From: Octopus sinensis
Taxonomy: Eukaryota
Direction: 5' to 3'
Assembly: GCF_006345805.1 (NCBI RefSeq)
Contig: NC_042999.1
Location: forward strand, 51,088,001 to 51,152,000
Length of the DNA stretch: 64,000 bases
Positions 36,966-49,927 of the stretch are shown one piece after another. The notes beneath the pieces were generated by a model. The model did not search any database. It had not been told where the DNA came from and saw only the letters and a program-made list of their open reading frames with translations. Both the position numbers and the translations under genes were made by a program. Position 1 is the stretch's first letter; each line of letters starts with the position of its first letter.

Positions 36966-37071
36966 GATGATTATTGGCGTTGCAAATGGAGATGGTACAG
37001 AAATGTGTAACTTATAATTAAAAATGTGTTAAAGTATTTTCTTTGTCTTCTTTCCATTGGTAGATATATAT

Positions 37072-37113
<42 letters not shown>

Positions 37114-37621
37114 TATACAATTACATATGAGCTACTCATACTTCCAAGATACATTAAATTGGCAGATTTATGTGACATGCCATATATATCGAAGCAATTT
37201 TTCAAGCACAGTTCATAACATTTGATGTATTTAAAAACCAGGACATTGGACTATGAGAAAAGAGGAGAAATAAATGAGAAAAAAATGTGAAGCAAGTTAA
37301 TGCAAAAAGAGGAAGGAGAAGAAACAAAAGTAAAAAAAAACAAGATCTTCTCTTTCTTTGACTGTAGAGACTATAATTAATGTAGCTAGTGTGGAATAAT
37401 ATAACAGAAAGGAGGCCAAAGTCTTTGAGATAGCAAAATCTGGAGTTGGTTGTGTTCCTCAGTCTGACAAAAGAAACTTGTCCATGTGCCTGTATTTGCT
37501 AAAAATTTCATATCTGGAATTAAATAACATAGTGGAATTCTTGTACCTAAAAAGAATCTTATGTCACTACCTTACTTTCTCTCTTTATTTCTAGAGTCAC
37601 ACCCACCAAACTTCACACTAA

Positions 37622-38041
37622 ACATCATCATCATCATCATCGTTTAACGTCCGTTTTCCATGCTACCATAGGTTGGATGGTTTGACCGTGGTCTGAAAAG
37701 CCAGGGGCTGCACCAGGCTCCAGGCTGATCTGGCAGTGTTTCTACAGCTAGGTGCCCTTCTTAACACCAACCACTCCATGTGTGTTGTGGGTGCTTTTTA
37801 TGTGCCACCAACATAGGTGCCAGGGGAGGCCGGCAATGGCCATGATCGGTTGGTGCTTTTTACATGCCACTGGCACAGAAGCCAGTCAAGGTGTCGCTAG
37901 CATTGGCCTCATTTGGATGGTGCTTTTTACGTGCCACCGACATGGGTATCACAACTACAATTTCCATTTGATTTTTATTTTGATGTTGATGTACTTAACT
38001 CAATAGGTCTACTCAAGTGCAGCAGGTCACCCTACGATAAC
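37622..38041 (-). mobile_element. Family C retroposon, 5'-truncated, fused to U6
   Basis: Family C tail and body on the minus strand, beginning immediately after the U6 3' end. Confidence 0.8.
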
Positions 38042-38129
38042 AATATGGAACGCTTCACGAATTTGCATGTCATCCTTGCACAAGGCCATGCTAATCTTCT
38101 CTGTATCATTCCAATTTTAGAATATGTAC
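38042..38129 (-). pseudogene. U6: U6 snRNA retrocopy lacking the 5' stem-loop (first ~15 nt)
   Basis: Reverse complement GTACATATTCTAAAATTGGAATGATACAGAGAAGATTAGCATGGCCTTGTGCAAGGATGACATGCAAATTCGTGAAGCGTTCCATATT matches U6 (ACAGAGA box, AGC triad). Several changes are CpG-to-TpG. Confidence 0.95.
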
Positions 38130-39624
38130 CCCCATTTCCTTTCCAGAAGAATTGCCCACTGGATTTTTTTGTTCCTGATCATGTTTTTCCTTCAGGCATC
38201 AACCAACAGATATTCAACCTAAACACACACCGCAGTTGACCTCACCTGTCTGGAAGAGCTTATAAAGTTCATGAATTACTACCTCTCCTTTCTCTTCCAA
38301 CCAAATTGTGATAAAAATTATAGTGGTTATAATAAAATCATTCACTATACATTTATGAATAATTATCTAATTTATAGATGTTCCAAATTATAATCAGATC
38401 AAGCAAAAATTAATTTCCATCAAATTATGATAGTTTTTTTTTATAATGATTGAACAGTGTTAAATTAGGCAGAATGAAGGGGAAAAAAAACTTTATTTAA
38501 GTGCTGTAATCAGTGTGGCCACTGTACATTTCTGCCAAGAAATAATTGCATAGCAACTCTGTGAAAAACACCTAATTTTCCTTTGCCTCATAAATGCTGG
38601 ACATCAGATGTCATATATCATAGTATTTTAAATATGTTTATGAAAAACTGAAAATATCTATGCGTTAAAATTACATTTTTTTAATAATTGGCCGAAGTTC
38701 CAGAGTAACTCCAGGGCCAAGATTTTTGTGTGTTGGCACTTATCAAACTGGTTTCTAATCAAGGGTTCATAAATTTATATACTGGTGATAATGGTATACC
38801 CCTGGTTTATTCTGGAACAAATTATTAAAATAGTTATAGCATTACATGTATAATGCATTAAAAAACATGTATATACACATTTTGAGTTCTATTTTCCTGT
38901 TTGCATCACCAACCTTATGTATTAAGTTTATCTAGCTATTTGTTATCTATTTATCTAGCTATTTGTTAACAATTTATCAATTTGTTATCAGTTCTGAAAT
39001 GGCATTATTTTGTTTTTGTTTTATATTTTGTTGGGGGTTTTTTTGTGCTTCCAAAAAAAAAAACATTAAAAACATTTTTGAATTGTTAATGAGAATAAAA
39101 ACAAATCATGTGAAAATTTAAGTAAAGATAGAGTAATTACTGATTTTTTTTCTCTAAATTAATTAAAGATATTCCTAAAACTGTAAACTAGATTAGGATT
39201 CAATGAATAATAAATACATAGTGTTGTGGTTTATCCTTTTAGATCCTATTTAGCATTTATAAATTTATAATAATTTAAATTAATAGACATAGAATCACAC
39301 ATCATTCAATCCAGGTTAGATCTGATTGAACAGATAGTAAAGGGTGTTCCTGCTTATCATCCTCTGTATTTTTGTATATCTAGGATAGCATTATTGTCTA
39401 GTGTATCTTTTTTTTTTTTGTTTAAGATAGTAGGTTGGGACTTGAGGTAATTCAGCTGCTATTTCTGACATGTTAGGCAACCACAAATGAGCTCCATCAA
39501 TCTCATATTAGCTGGAATGACATTGTTGTTAATGCTGTAGTTTAACACCAGTAATCCCTTTTTATCTAACATAAACAGCTTTATATAAAAAATTCCTTAC
39601 CACATATCTATATTCTTTTCTACG

Positions 39625-39830
39625 CAAGGCACAAGGCCCGAAATTTGGTGGGAAGAGGGGAAGACGGTTAGATTGAGCCCAGTACCCAACTGGCACTTAA
39701 TTTATTGACCCCAAAAGGATGAAAGTTAAAGCTGACCTCGGCAGAATTCGAACTCAGAATGTAAAGACAGAGGAAATACTGCTAAGCATTTCACCTTGTA
39801 AGCTAATGTTTCTGCCAGCTCACTGCCTTA
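39625..39830 (-). mobile_element. SINE family B
   Basis: Family motifs. Confidence 0.7.
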
Positions 39831-39939
39831 CCACATACCTACATTGTGCAAGGATGATACTCTTCGAGTGTCCTATATTTAACACAATTTTCCTATCTTA
39901 CTGTAAGGGCTACCTGGCAAAAGCAATGGCAGTGGCAGC

Positions 39940-40400
39940 GGTCGGCGGTCGGCAATGGTAGCAATGATGGCGGTAGCGGCAATGGCGGTGGTGGCAGCGA
40001 TGGCGGTGGTGGCAGCAATGGCGGTGGTGGCAGCGATGGTGGTGGTGGCAGCGATGGCAGTGGTGGCAGCGATGGCAATGGTGGCGGCGATGGCGGTGGT
40101 GGCAGCGATGATGGTGGTGGCAGTGATGGCGGTGATGGCGGCGATGGCGGTGGTGGCAGCGATGATGGTGGTGGCAGTGATGGCGGTGATGGCGGCGATG
40201 GTGGCAACGATGGCAGTGGCGGCGGTCAGCATGGTGTCAACGATGGCAGTGGCGGCAATGGCGGTGGTGGCAGTGATGGCGGTGGTGGCAGCGATGGCGG
40301 TGGTGGCAGCGATGGCGGTGGTGGCAGCGATGGCGGTGGTGGCAGCGATGGCGGTGGTGGCAGCGATGGCGGTGGTGGCAGCGATGGCGGTGGTGGTGGT
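39940..40400. repeat. 18-bp GC-rich minisatellite (GGCGGTGGTGGCAGCGAT)n
   Basis: About 20 or more units with 9-bp subunits; adjoins a SINE A head (~40405-40530, minus). Confidence 0.92.
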
Positions 40401-40929
40401 GGTGTTATACACGACAGGCTTTCACACAATCTCTGTCTACCAAATTCCATAGACATAATAACGGCCCATAGTGTCCTTCGGAATGGGACTGAACCTGGAA
40501 CAACATAGCCTGTATATGAACTTCTCACTCACACAATCATTTCATCATGTTAAGAATTCAGGTGAGACAGAGTAATTAGGTTAAATATTTAGTCAATTAA
40601 TTTTTTCACTTCTTAGACAAGTACAAGAATTCATAACCTGTCTCTTTAAATACACACTGAAAACAATATAAAACAATATAAAGCTCAGATAAAAATTTAT
40701 GAAAGTGAATGAAATTAATTCAAATACAAGGCATAAACATATTAACAGATACTTTACAAATTGTTCATTGAAATAATACCTTTAATTGCAGCGATTAAAA
40801 GCTAATGAATTATTGCAAACAGAAGTTATAATTCAAATAAGCTCAATCAGATTTTTCATTAAAAATTTCTTTTCCAACGAGGGATCCTCTACATGGTTAC
40901 TCAACCTGCTAAAAGTAACAGACAATTCC

Positions 40930-41367
40930 GTGCCAGTGGAGCACTAACAGCTCCATCCGTGTGGGATCTCTGCCAGAGCAGCTGTCTGGCTTCCATGCCG
41001 GTGGCACATAAAAATCACCATTTGAGCGTGATCATTACCAGCGTTGCCTTACTGGCACTTGTGCCAGTGGCATGTGAACAAAACATTCAAGCGAGGTCAT
41101 TGCCAGTAACGCTGTACTGACTCCTATGCAGGTGACATATAAAAAACACCATTCTGATCGTGGCCATTGCCAGTACCACACCAGACTGGCCCTCGTGCTG
41201 GTGGCACATAAAAGCACCCACTACACTCTCGGAGTCGTTGGTGTTAGGAAGGGCATCCAACTGTAGAAACTCTGCCAGATCAGATTGGAGCCTGGTGCAG
41301 CCATCTGGTTCGCCAGTCCTCAGTCAAATCGTCCAACCCATGCTAGCATAGAAAGCGGATGTTAAAC

Positions 41368-41390
<23 letters not shown>
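40930..41390 (+). mobile_element. Family C retroposon with (GAT)n tail
   Basis: Family motifs. Confidence 0.8.
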
Positions 41391-41410
<20 letters not shown>

Positions 41411-41420
41411 GTGGTGTTGG

Positions 41421-41451
<31 letters not shown>

Positions 41452-41821
41452 CTTTTATAAGGAGAGAACACATTAGATAAAAAAAAAATTCTAACCTAAA
41501 AGCTTGGGTTGGTCATGATTGAAATCATTTTGATAATAGGTCTGCTTCATCTGGATTGACCATGGGTTAAACAATTGCAACGATAATGGTGACAACAATA
41601 ATATCTACTATATCTAATTAGCGTCATATCATACACAACGATTCTTTATTTTTACTTTGTTTTTCATAATTATACTTCATGATAATTGAAAACAGATAAT
41701 GTAAAGAAAAGAAAATCATGGACATTGTTTCCTTCATTGAAATCCTGAAAATGTCATATTGATATTAGTTAATATAAATCTTAATCCTCTGTGTGTGTGT
41801 GTGTGTGTGTGTGTGCATGTG

Positions 41822-42070
41822 TGGAGGCATGTGGTTTAGTGGTTAGGGTGTCAGCACCATGATCGTAAGATTGTGATTTCGATTCCTGGACCAGGCGATG
41901 TGTTGTGTTCTTGAGCAAAACACTTCATTTCACGTTGCTCCAGTCCACTCAGCTGGCAAAAATGAGTAACGCTGCGATGGACTGGGTCCCATCCAGCTGC
42001 GGAACACATACACCATTGAAACCAGGAAACTGGGCCCATGAGCCTGGCTAGACTTTAAAAGGGTGCATTT
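41822..42070 (+). mobile_element. SINE family D
   Basis: A box TGGTTTAGTGG, B box GATTTCGATTCC, followed by TTCTTGAGCAAAACACTTCATTTCACGTTGCTCCAG. Confidence 0.8.
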
Positions 42071-42089
42071 ATTTTATTTTATTATCATC

Positions 42090-43650
42090 ATCATTTAACG
42101 TCCGCTTTCCATGCTAGCATGGGTTGGACGGTTCAACTGGGGTCTGGGGAGCCCGAAAGCTGCACCAGTCCAATCAGATCTGGCAGTGTTTCTACAGCTG
42201 GATGCCCTTCCTAATGCCAACCACTCCGAGAGTGTAGTGGGTGATTTTATGTGCCACCGACACAGGTGCCAGACGAGGCTGGCAAACGGCCACGCTCGGA
42301 TGGTGTTTTTATGTGCCACCGACACAGGTGCCAGATGAGGCTGGCAAACGGCCACGATCGGATGGTGTTTGTTACGTGCCCACAGCACGGAGGCCAGTCA
42401 ATGCGGTACTGGCTACGGCCACGTTCGGATGGTTTTCTTGTGTGCCACGTGCCACCGGCACTGGTACCACAAAGATACAAATTCCATTGATGTTCATCTA
42501 TTTTGATTTGTTTTGATTTGATTTGATTTTCACTTGCCTCAACAGGTCTTCACAAGTGTCACAAGAAGGAAGGTATGCACAGGTGGACTGACTACGTCCC
42601 AGGTAGGGGCCACAGGTTATGGCCCGACTAGTCTTGCCGGGTCTTCGGATGGTGTTTTTATGTGCCACCGACACAGGTGCCAGATGAGGCTGGCGAACGG
42701 CCACGATCGGATGGTGTTTGTTACGTGCCCACAGCACGGAGGCCAGTCGGTGCGGTACTGGCTACGGCCACGTTCGGATGGTTTTCTTGCGTGCCACCGG
42801 CACTGGTACCACAAGATACAATTCCATTAATGTTCATCTATTTTGATTTGTTTTGATTTGATTTGATTTGATTTGTTTTGATTTCATTTTGATTTTCACT
42901 TGCCTCAACAGGCCTTCACAAGTATCACAAGGAGGAAGGTATGCACAGGTGGACTGACTACGTCCCAGGTAGGGGCCATGGGATATGGCCCGACTAGTCT
43001 TGCCGGGTCTTCGGATGGTGTTTTTATGTGCCACCGACACAGGTGCTAGATGAGGCTGGCGAACGGCCACGATCGGATGGTGTTTGTTATGTGCCCACAG
43101 CACGATGGCCAGTCGATGCGGTACTGACTACGGCCACGTTCGGATGGTTCTCTTGTGTGCCACCGGCACTGGTACCACAAAGATACAGATTCCATTGATG
43201 TTCATCTATTTTGATTTGATTTGATTTGATTTTCACTTGCCTCAACAGGTCTTCACAAGTGTCACAAGAAGGAAGGTATGCACAGGTGGACTGACTAGTC
43301 TTGCCGGGTCTTCGGAAGGTGTTTTTATGTGCCACCGACACAGGTGCCAGATGAGGCTGGCGAACGGCCATGATCGGATGGTGTTTGTTACGTGCCCACA
43401 GCACGGAGGCCGGTCAATGCGGAACTGGCTACGGCCACGTTCAGATGGTTCTCTTGTGTGCCACCGGCACTGGTACCACAAAGATACAGATTCCATTGAT
43501 GTTCATCTATTTTGATTTGTTTTGATTTTGATTTTGATTTTCACTTGCCTCAACAGGTCTTCACAAGTGTCACAAGAAGGAAGGTATGCACAGGTGGACT
43601 GACTACGTCCCAGGTAGGGGCCATGGGTTATGGCCTGACTAGTCTTGCCG
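42090..43650 (-). mobile_element. Family C retroposon with an internal tandem amplification (4 units of ~300-365 bp built on 62-bp subrepeats)
   Basis: Unit starts at ~42302, 42651, 43017 and 43318; a single tail at ~42090-42240. Confidence 0.88.
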
Positions 43651-43692
43651 ATATAAATATATACATGCATACATAAATACATATATTACATT

Positions 43693-43738
<46 letters not shown>

Positions 43739-44189
43739 ACACACACACATACACATACACACACACACATATACATACATACATACACCTTAGGGTATTG
43801 CAAAAGACCTGGTTGGAAGACCAACCTTCTGAGTTCTCTTTATAGGGCTCAGAAAAACTGAAGGGTGGCTGCAATAAGTGTGTGAATCTGAGAGGGGAAT
43901 AAGTTGAAAAAAAATCATAACTAACTCCTGCATTTTCTTCAAAACCAGGAACTTTGCAGTGCCTTCTCATATACATACATACATACATACGTACATACAT
44001 ACATACATACATGTGTGTGTGTACATATATGTGCATGATTATCACCACTGCACAATCTGTGTTATTTGTGTGCATTCCCCTATAACTTTGTAGGTCAGTT
44101 AAAAGAGACTGTTAGAGTGAGTACCAGACTTGCAAACCCTTCAACACAGTGCCCCAGTATGACTGTAGTCTTAAAAAAATAATAATAAT

Positions 44190-44745
44190 AATAATGAAAT
44201 TATTGTATACAGTGCTCAGGTGCACCACAACTTGTCAGAAAGTGCATATAAAGTATATGCAGTAATGTACAAATGTCTGGAAAACGAACAATGTATGAGT
44301 CAGACACATGCTTGTGTGTGTATGGAGGGGAAAAAATTAGGTGTAGTGTTGGCAAATCTCAGGAAGTATGGAAGTTTTGAAGGATGCAGTGCTCCAACAA
44401 ATAACAACTGATGCTGGCAGTTTGTTCCGTGCTTCAGCAACTCTCAGTGTGAAAAAATGTTTCCGAAAGTCATGGGAGCTGTGCTGTTTTCTGACTTTGT
44501 AAACATGTCCACGGGTGTTAGACGGGTAGACTTTGAAAAGGTGCTCAGAGTTATTGTTTGTAAGATGGTTAATAATTTTATGGGTGTTTGCTAAGTCAGC
44601 TGCCAGACGTCAGAGTTTCAATGTGTCCATGCCCAGGGAAGTAAGGCGTTCAGAATATGGCAAAAGCCTGATGGAGGGTGGATGGGCAAGGCATCTTGTT
44701 ATAGAAAAATCTGCCTCAATGAACTCCTTCCAACCCATGGTGTTC
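44190..44745 (-). pseudogene. CR1-clade LINE 3' end
   Basis: Minus translation PYSERLTSLGMDTLKL*RLAADL..HKII..NTRGHVYKVRKQHSSHDFRKHFFTLRVAEARNKLPASVV. A second 3' copy lies at ~56845-57050. Confidence 0.85.
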
Positions 44746-44906
44746 CATCCAGGTGGGGAATATATATATACCATGAAACCAGTCATGACTCAAGAAAGTA
44801 ACTTTACCTTTACCTTTACAAATATTTTACCTGTTTTATGTTCAACATGGCTATATCCGGTTTCTCACACCTGACCTACAATTTCATTCTAAAAACAAAC
44901 AATCAT

Positions 44907-45590
44907 AGGTGTAGGAGTGGCTGTGTGGTTTGTAGCTTGCTTACCAACCACATGGTTCTGAGTTCAGTCCCACTGCATGGCACCTTAGGCAAGTGTCCTC
45001 TGCTATAGCCTTGGGCCGACCAAAGACCCTTGTGAGTGGATTTGGTAGACAGAAACTGAAAGAAGCCCGTCATATATATGTATATATATATATATATATA
45101 TATAGTTAATCCAAAGAAAGCACAAAAAAACACAACAACGCGAGGATGTGGAACAAATATAGTATTATTGGTCGCTCAGGAAAGAAAGAAAGAAGGAGGG
45201 TTTAACATTTCGAGCGGAGCTCTTTGTCGGAAACATAGGAGAAGGAAAGATCCAGAGAAAGGAAGACAGAGGGAAAAAAATCGCCAATGGTACACACGAG
45301 GTCACATTTTGAAAAAAAAAAAAAGGGAAAAAAAATATAATATGTGTGTGTGTGTGTGTGTATGTTTGTGTGTCTGTGTTTGTCCTCCCAACATCACTTG
45401 ACAACCGATGCTGGTGTGTTTACGTCCACGTAACTTAGCGGTTCAGCAAAAGGGACCGATAGAATAAGTACTAAGCTTACAAAGAATAAGTCCTGGCGTC
45501 GACTTGCTTGGCTAAAGGTGGTGCTCCAGCATGGCCATGGTCAAATGACTAAAACAAATAAAAGAGTAAAAGAGTTAAGGAGTAAAGAGT
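44907..45590 (+). mobile_element. SINE family A split by a Penelope-type terminal fragment (~45110-45310)
   Basis: Head 44907-45070 and tail ~45350-45590. Confidence 0.78.
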
Positions 45591-45629
45591 AAATCACATA
45601 ATTGAAATCTTAAAGCTACATGATAATGC

Positions 45630-46085
45630 ATGGTTACAGCCTCGTCTGGCACCTGTGTCGGTGGCACATAAAAAAACACCATCCGAGCGTGGTCGTCTGC
45701 TAGCCTTGTCTGGCACCTGTGTCGGTGGCACATAAAAACACCATCCGAGCGTGGCCGTTCGTCAGCCTCGTCTGGCACCTGTGTCGGTGGCACATAAAAA
45801 CACCATCCGAGCGTGGTCGTCTGCCAGCCTTGTCTGGCACCTGTGTCGGTGGCACATAAAAACACCATCCGAGCGTGGCCGTTCGCCAGCCTCGTCTGGC
45901 ACCTGTGTCGGTGGCACATAAAATCACCCACTACACTCTCGGAGTGGTTGGCGTTAGGAAGGGCATCCAGCTGTAGAAACACTGCCAGATCTGACTGGCC
46001 TGGTGCAGCCTTCGGGCTCCCCAGACACCAGTTGAACCGTCCAACCCATGCTAGCATGGAAAGCGGACGTTAAATGATGATGATG
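45630..46085 (+). mobile_element. Family C retroposon with ~5 tandem 62-bp subrepeats
   Basis: GTGGCACATAAAA recurs at ~45661, 45725, 45787, 45849 and 45911. Confidence 0.88.
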
Positions 46086-46199
46086 AATTCAAAACAATAT
46101 GAATAGATAAGCTTTACATTTGACAGAATAATCTGAATGCCAAAGGGTTAGAGATACCAATTGACAAGAATCAAGTCCACAAAGCTATCACGTTTTGGA

Positions 46200-46420
46200 C
46201 ATATGACATGTTAGGTGTTATTTCCCAAGACTATCCTGACAGGAAGGTGAGGAGGATGAAGAGAGCAAGATGCCATCAAAGATGTTTGGGAATTGATGAT
46301 ATCAAAGAATGAACTGGAAATAGGAGCCTGGATAATTGTTGGCATACAACAGAACTCAGAGGGAACTGGAGATTGTGGGCAAGCCAGTCCTTGGACACAG
46401 GGAGGCAATCAAGCTGAAGA
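46200..46420 (+). pseudogene. Highly decayed RTE-like LINE C-terminal fragment
   Basis: With frame correction: KTILTG...DDIKE*TG...NWR, resembling the RTE KTILQG..W.DNIKEWTG..W motif. Confidence 0.5.
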
Positions 46421-46484
46421 TGATGTTTTAAGTAATCAAAATGACTCTACCAAAATGCTACAGTCTCTCATTCATCACATACAC

Positions 46485-46669
46485 TTTCACTCTTTTACTT
46501 GTTTCAGTCGTGTGACTGCAGCCATGCTGGAGCACCGCCTTTAGTCAAGCAAATCAACCCCGGGACTTATTATTTGTAAGCCTAGTACTTATTCTATCTG
46601 TCTCTTTTGCCACACCACCATCGGTTGTCAAGTGATGTTGGGGGGACAAACACAGATGCACAAACATAT

Positions 46670-46700
<31 letters not shown>

Positions 46701-46875
46701 CATATATACGACAGGCTTCCTTCAGTTTTCCATCTACCAAATCTACTCACAAGGCTTTGGTCGGCCTGAGGCTATAGTAGAAGACACTTGCCCAAAGTGC
46801 CACGCAGTGGGAGTGAACCTGAAACCATGTGGTTGGTAAGCTAGCTACTCACCACACAGCCACTCATGCACCTAT
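46485..46875 (-). mobile_element. SINE family A
   Basis: Family motifs. Confidence 0.82.
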
Positions 46876-47931
46876 GTGACAATATGTTTTATTTCATATC
46901 AAACATGTGCAAGAAAAGCATATAACAAAATTAGTCTCTGAATATTGAATAAGTTCGCAAACAATTTTTATATGCTAACAAACAGAAAAAAAATTCAAAG
47001 TAAAGAAACCAAAATAAATATGAATATTTTTTTAATTTGATAAAACGTTTCCAATCTATCTGTATCCTTTTTGCATTTTTATTCTTTCTTTATTCTTTTT
47101 AACATTATCAAAAACATATTTTCAGATATTTCATATTTTACTTTCTCTGAAATGATTATTCTCAAATATTAAATTTACTTTAATGAAAAAAAACATTACT
47201 AATGCTAGATTCTCAATTGAATTTTCAATTTGCCAGCATTTTTGAAGATTATCTGTATTTTGGCCGTTGTATTTCCACTAGCAACTGATTTTCTTTGTTT
47301 ATTGTTACCTCCCCTTCCTCCTCACATTTTGCAATTAATTTTCTCTCATATCCTCTATTTTCACTCTACCTACTCAGCACTACAAGCATAAATACACACA
47401 CACACACACTCTCTCTCTTTCTCTCTTCTCCTTCCTAGACAAAGGGTTCTACTGCTCAAAATATTAAGCATCTCTTTTTCCTCACAACTAAAATAATTTA
47501 TTCTACTATGCAAACTTTCAGTAGAATTTCTTGTATCCATGGCCACTTTAGTTTTGAAGTCTGCAGGACATTTTTTCCAAAGTTAAATAATTTATTAAAC
47601 TTAATAAATCATTAAACACCAAGCTGAGTACAAGCTACCAGAAATGATCTCTACGTAAATATCAGTGGATTCTCAATCATTTGTATTAGATTTACCGATG
47701 TTTAAAAATCTTGTAAATGTCATATTTTAATAGGTTTATTTATTTATTGAAATGAGGATGGGAGGAGCGTCTACCCAAGTGATATTTGAACACAAAATAC
47801 TTTAACATAATTATAATTTGACCAGACATGTTGTTGTTGTCATTTTGCTCCCAAGTCAGCTCTGATAAAAGTATTTCGTTCCTGATCATCTATTTGAATT
47901 ACATTGTTACCTCCATCATTGTCATCAGTGC

Positions 47932-47971
<40 letters not shown>

Positions 47972-48149
47972 GTCATCTTTTAACATTGACATCACCATTG
48001 TCATCATCATCATCATCATCATCGTCATCATCACACCATTATCATCATCATAGTCATCATCATTATAATCAACACCATTTTTGCTGTAATTATCATTATC
48101 ATCAACATCATTAACATTATCATCATCATCATCATCATCATCATCATTA

Positions 48150-48730
48150 CCTATTTCCTTACTACCCACAGGGGGCTAAACACAGAGCGGACAAACAGAT
48201 TAAGTCGATTATATCGACCCCAGTGCGTAACTGGTACTTATTTAATCAACCCCGAAAGGATGAAAGGCAAAGTCGACCTCGGCGGAATTTGAACTCAGAA
48301 TGTAACGGCAGACAAAATACCTATTTCTTTACTACCCACAAGGGGCTAGACACAGAGAGGACAAACAAGGACAGACAAATGGATTAAGTTGATTATATCG
48401 ACCCTAGTGCGTAACTGGTACTTATTTAATTGACCCCGAAAGGATGAAAGGCAAAGTCGACCTCGGCGGAATTTGAACTCAGAATGTAACGGCAGACAAA
48501 ATACCTATTTCTTTACTACCCACAAGGGGCTAGACACAGAGAGGACAAACAAGGACAGACAAATGGATTAAGTTGATTATATCGACCCTAGTGCGTAACT
48601 GGTACTTAATTTATCGACCCCGAAAGGATGAAAGGCAAAGTCGACCTCAGCAGAATTTGAACTCAGAACGTAACGGCAGACGAAATACCGCTCAGCATTT
48701 TGCCCGGCGTGCTAACGTTTCTGCCAGCTC
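48150..48730 (-). mobile_element. SINE family B trimer (~184-bp units)
   Basis: Repeated junction CGGCAGACAAAATACCTATTTCTTTACTACCCACAAGG at ~48306 and ~48490. Confidence 0.88.
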
Positions 48731-49927
48731 CATCCTCATCAACATCATTCTTGCTGTATTCATTGTTATCGCTATCATCCTTGTTCTTTTCATTGCCCTA
48801 ATTGTCATCATCGTCATTGTCTTTGTTGCCATTGTCATTAACATCATCATTATTCTCAGTTTTTTGTCGCTATTGTTATTGTTGAGCTCCAAGTCATCCC
48901 TCATTGAGTAGATTTACTTTCAAACGCTTTCCATCTACGACCATCCAGGCTTTTCATATATCTACAGCTATCCAAACCAGCAGCTAAATTATCTCTCCTG
49001 TATAGGCCATTAGGTTCTCACAAATATCAAAGATTCCCATAGAATCAATATTCTTTCCTGATTTTTAAGACAGACTGAGGCCCTTGTGCTGGAGTTTAAC
49101 CCCAGATTAATTCCTTAATGTTCAGGTTATTCTATCAAATTTGGTTCCATTAGTTACAATGACAAGGGTTCCTGCTGCTCCGATCAATGGAACAGCTTGC
49201 TTGGGAAATTAATGTGCACATGACTGAGTGCTCCACAGACATGTACTTTTGATATAGTTCTCAAGGAGATTCTGTGTAACACAGAGTGTGACAAGGCTTG
49301 CTCTTTGAAACACAAGTACTAAGCACTGGATTAACCATTAAAGAAAATAAGCACATGCTTAGGGCATCAAGAGAAGGAGAGGGGGCACCACAGAAATGGT
49401 TAATGGTTTATGGCACAAAAGAAATCACATTAAACTTGCTAAAGTAATATTCAGGATGCCTTTATCTCTACTAAATATAGATGCAGATGTATTACCTAAG
49501 ATTAATTTTGAGGATCTGATCAAAGACTTTGCAATTTAAAAAAGTAGGAGGAAACTATTCAAATATAAATAAAGTGGAAGTATACAAAAATAGACATTAT
49601 TTTCCCTCTTACTGTTTTGTTTTGTTTTGAAAAATAGAAATTTAATTTACGGTTTGTTATTGTTTATATTTTGAATTATATAATCTTTTATGGGGGGTCA
49701 CCAAAATCTTTTAAGTGCTTATGGGCTCAATGGGTCTCAATCCAGCCTTGCAAGTACTACTAATTTTTGCCAGCTGAGCAAGATGAAATAAGTGTCTTGC
49801 TCAAGGATGCAACACGTCACCGGGAATTGAACTCACAACCTTACGATCATGAGCCAAATACCCTAACCACTAGGCTACATGCCTTCACTCTGTCAAATTT
49901 AATGCTTATTTATTCATATTGTTTTGA

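Noticed and set aside
39879-40452. Antifreeze-like (TTAIAA)n / (MAVVAA)n ORFs
   Set aside because: An 18-bp minisatellite open in multiple frames, running into a SINE head.
45630-45930. CRISPR-like regular repeats (also 42240-43650)
   Set aside because: Units are contiguous near-identical 62-mers with no unique spacers, there are no cas genes, and the context is a eukaryotic retroposon.
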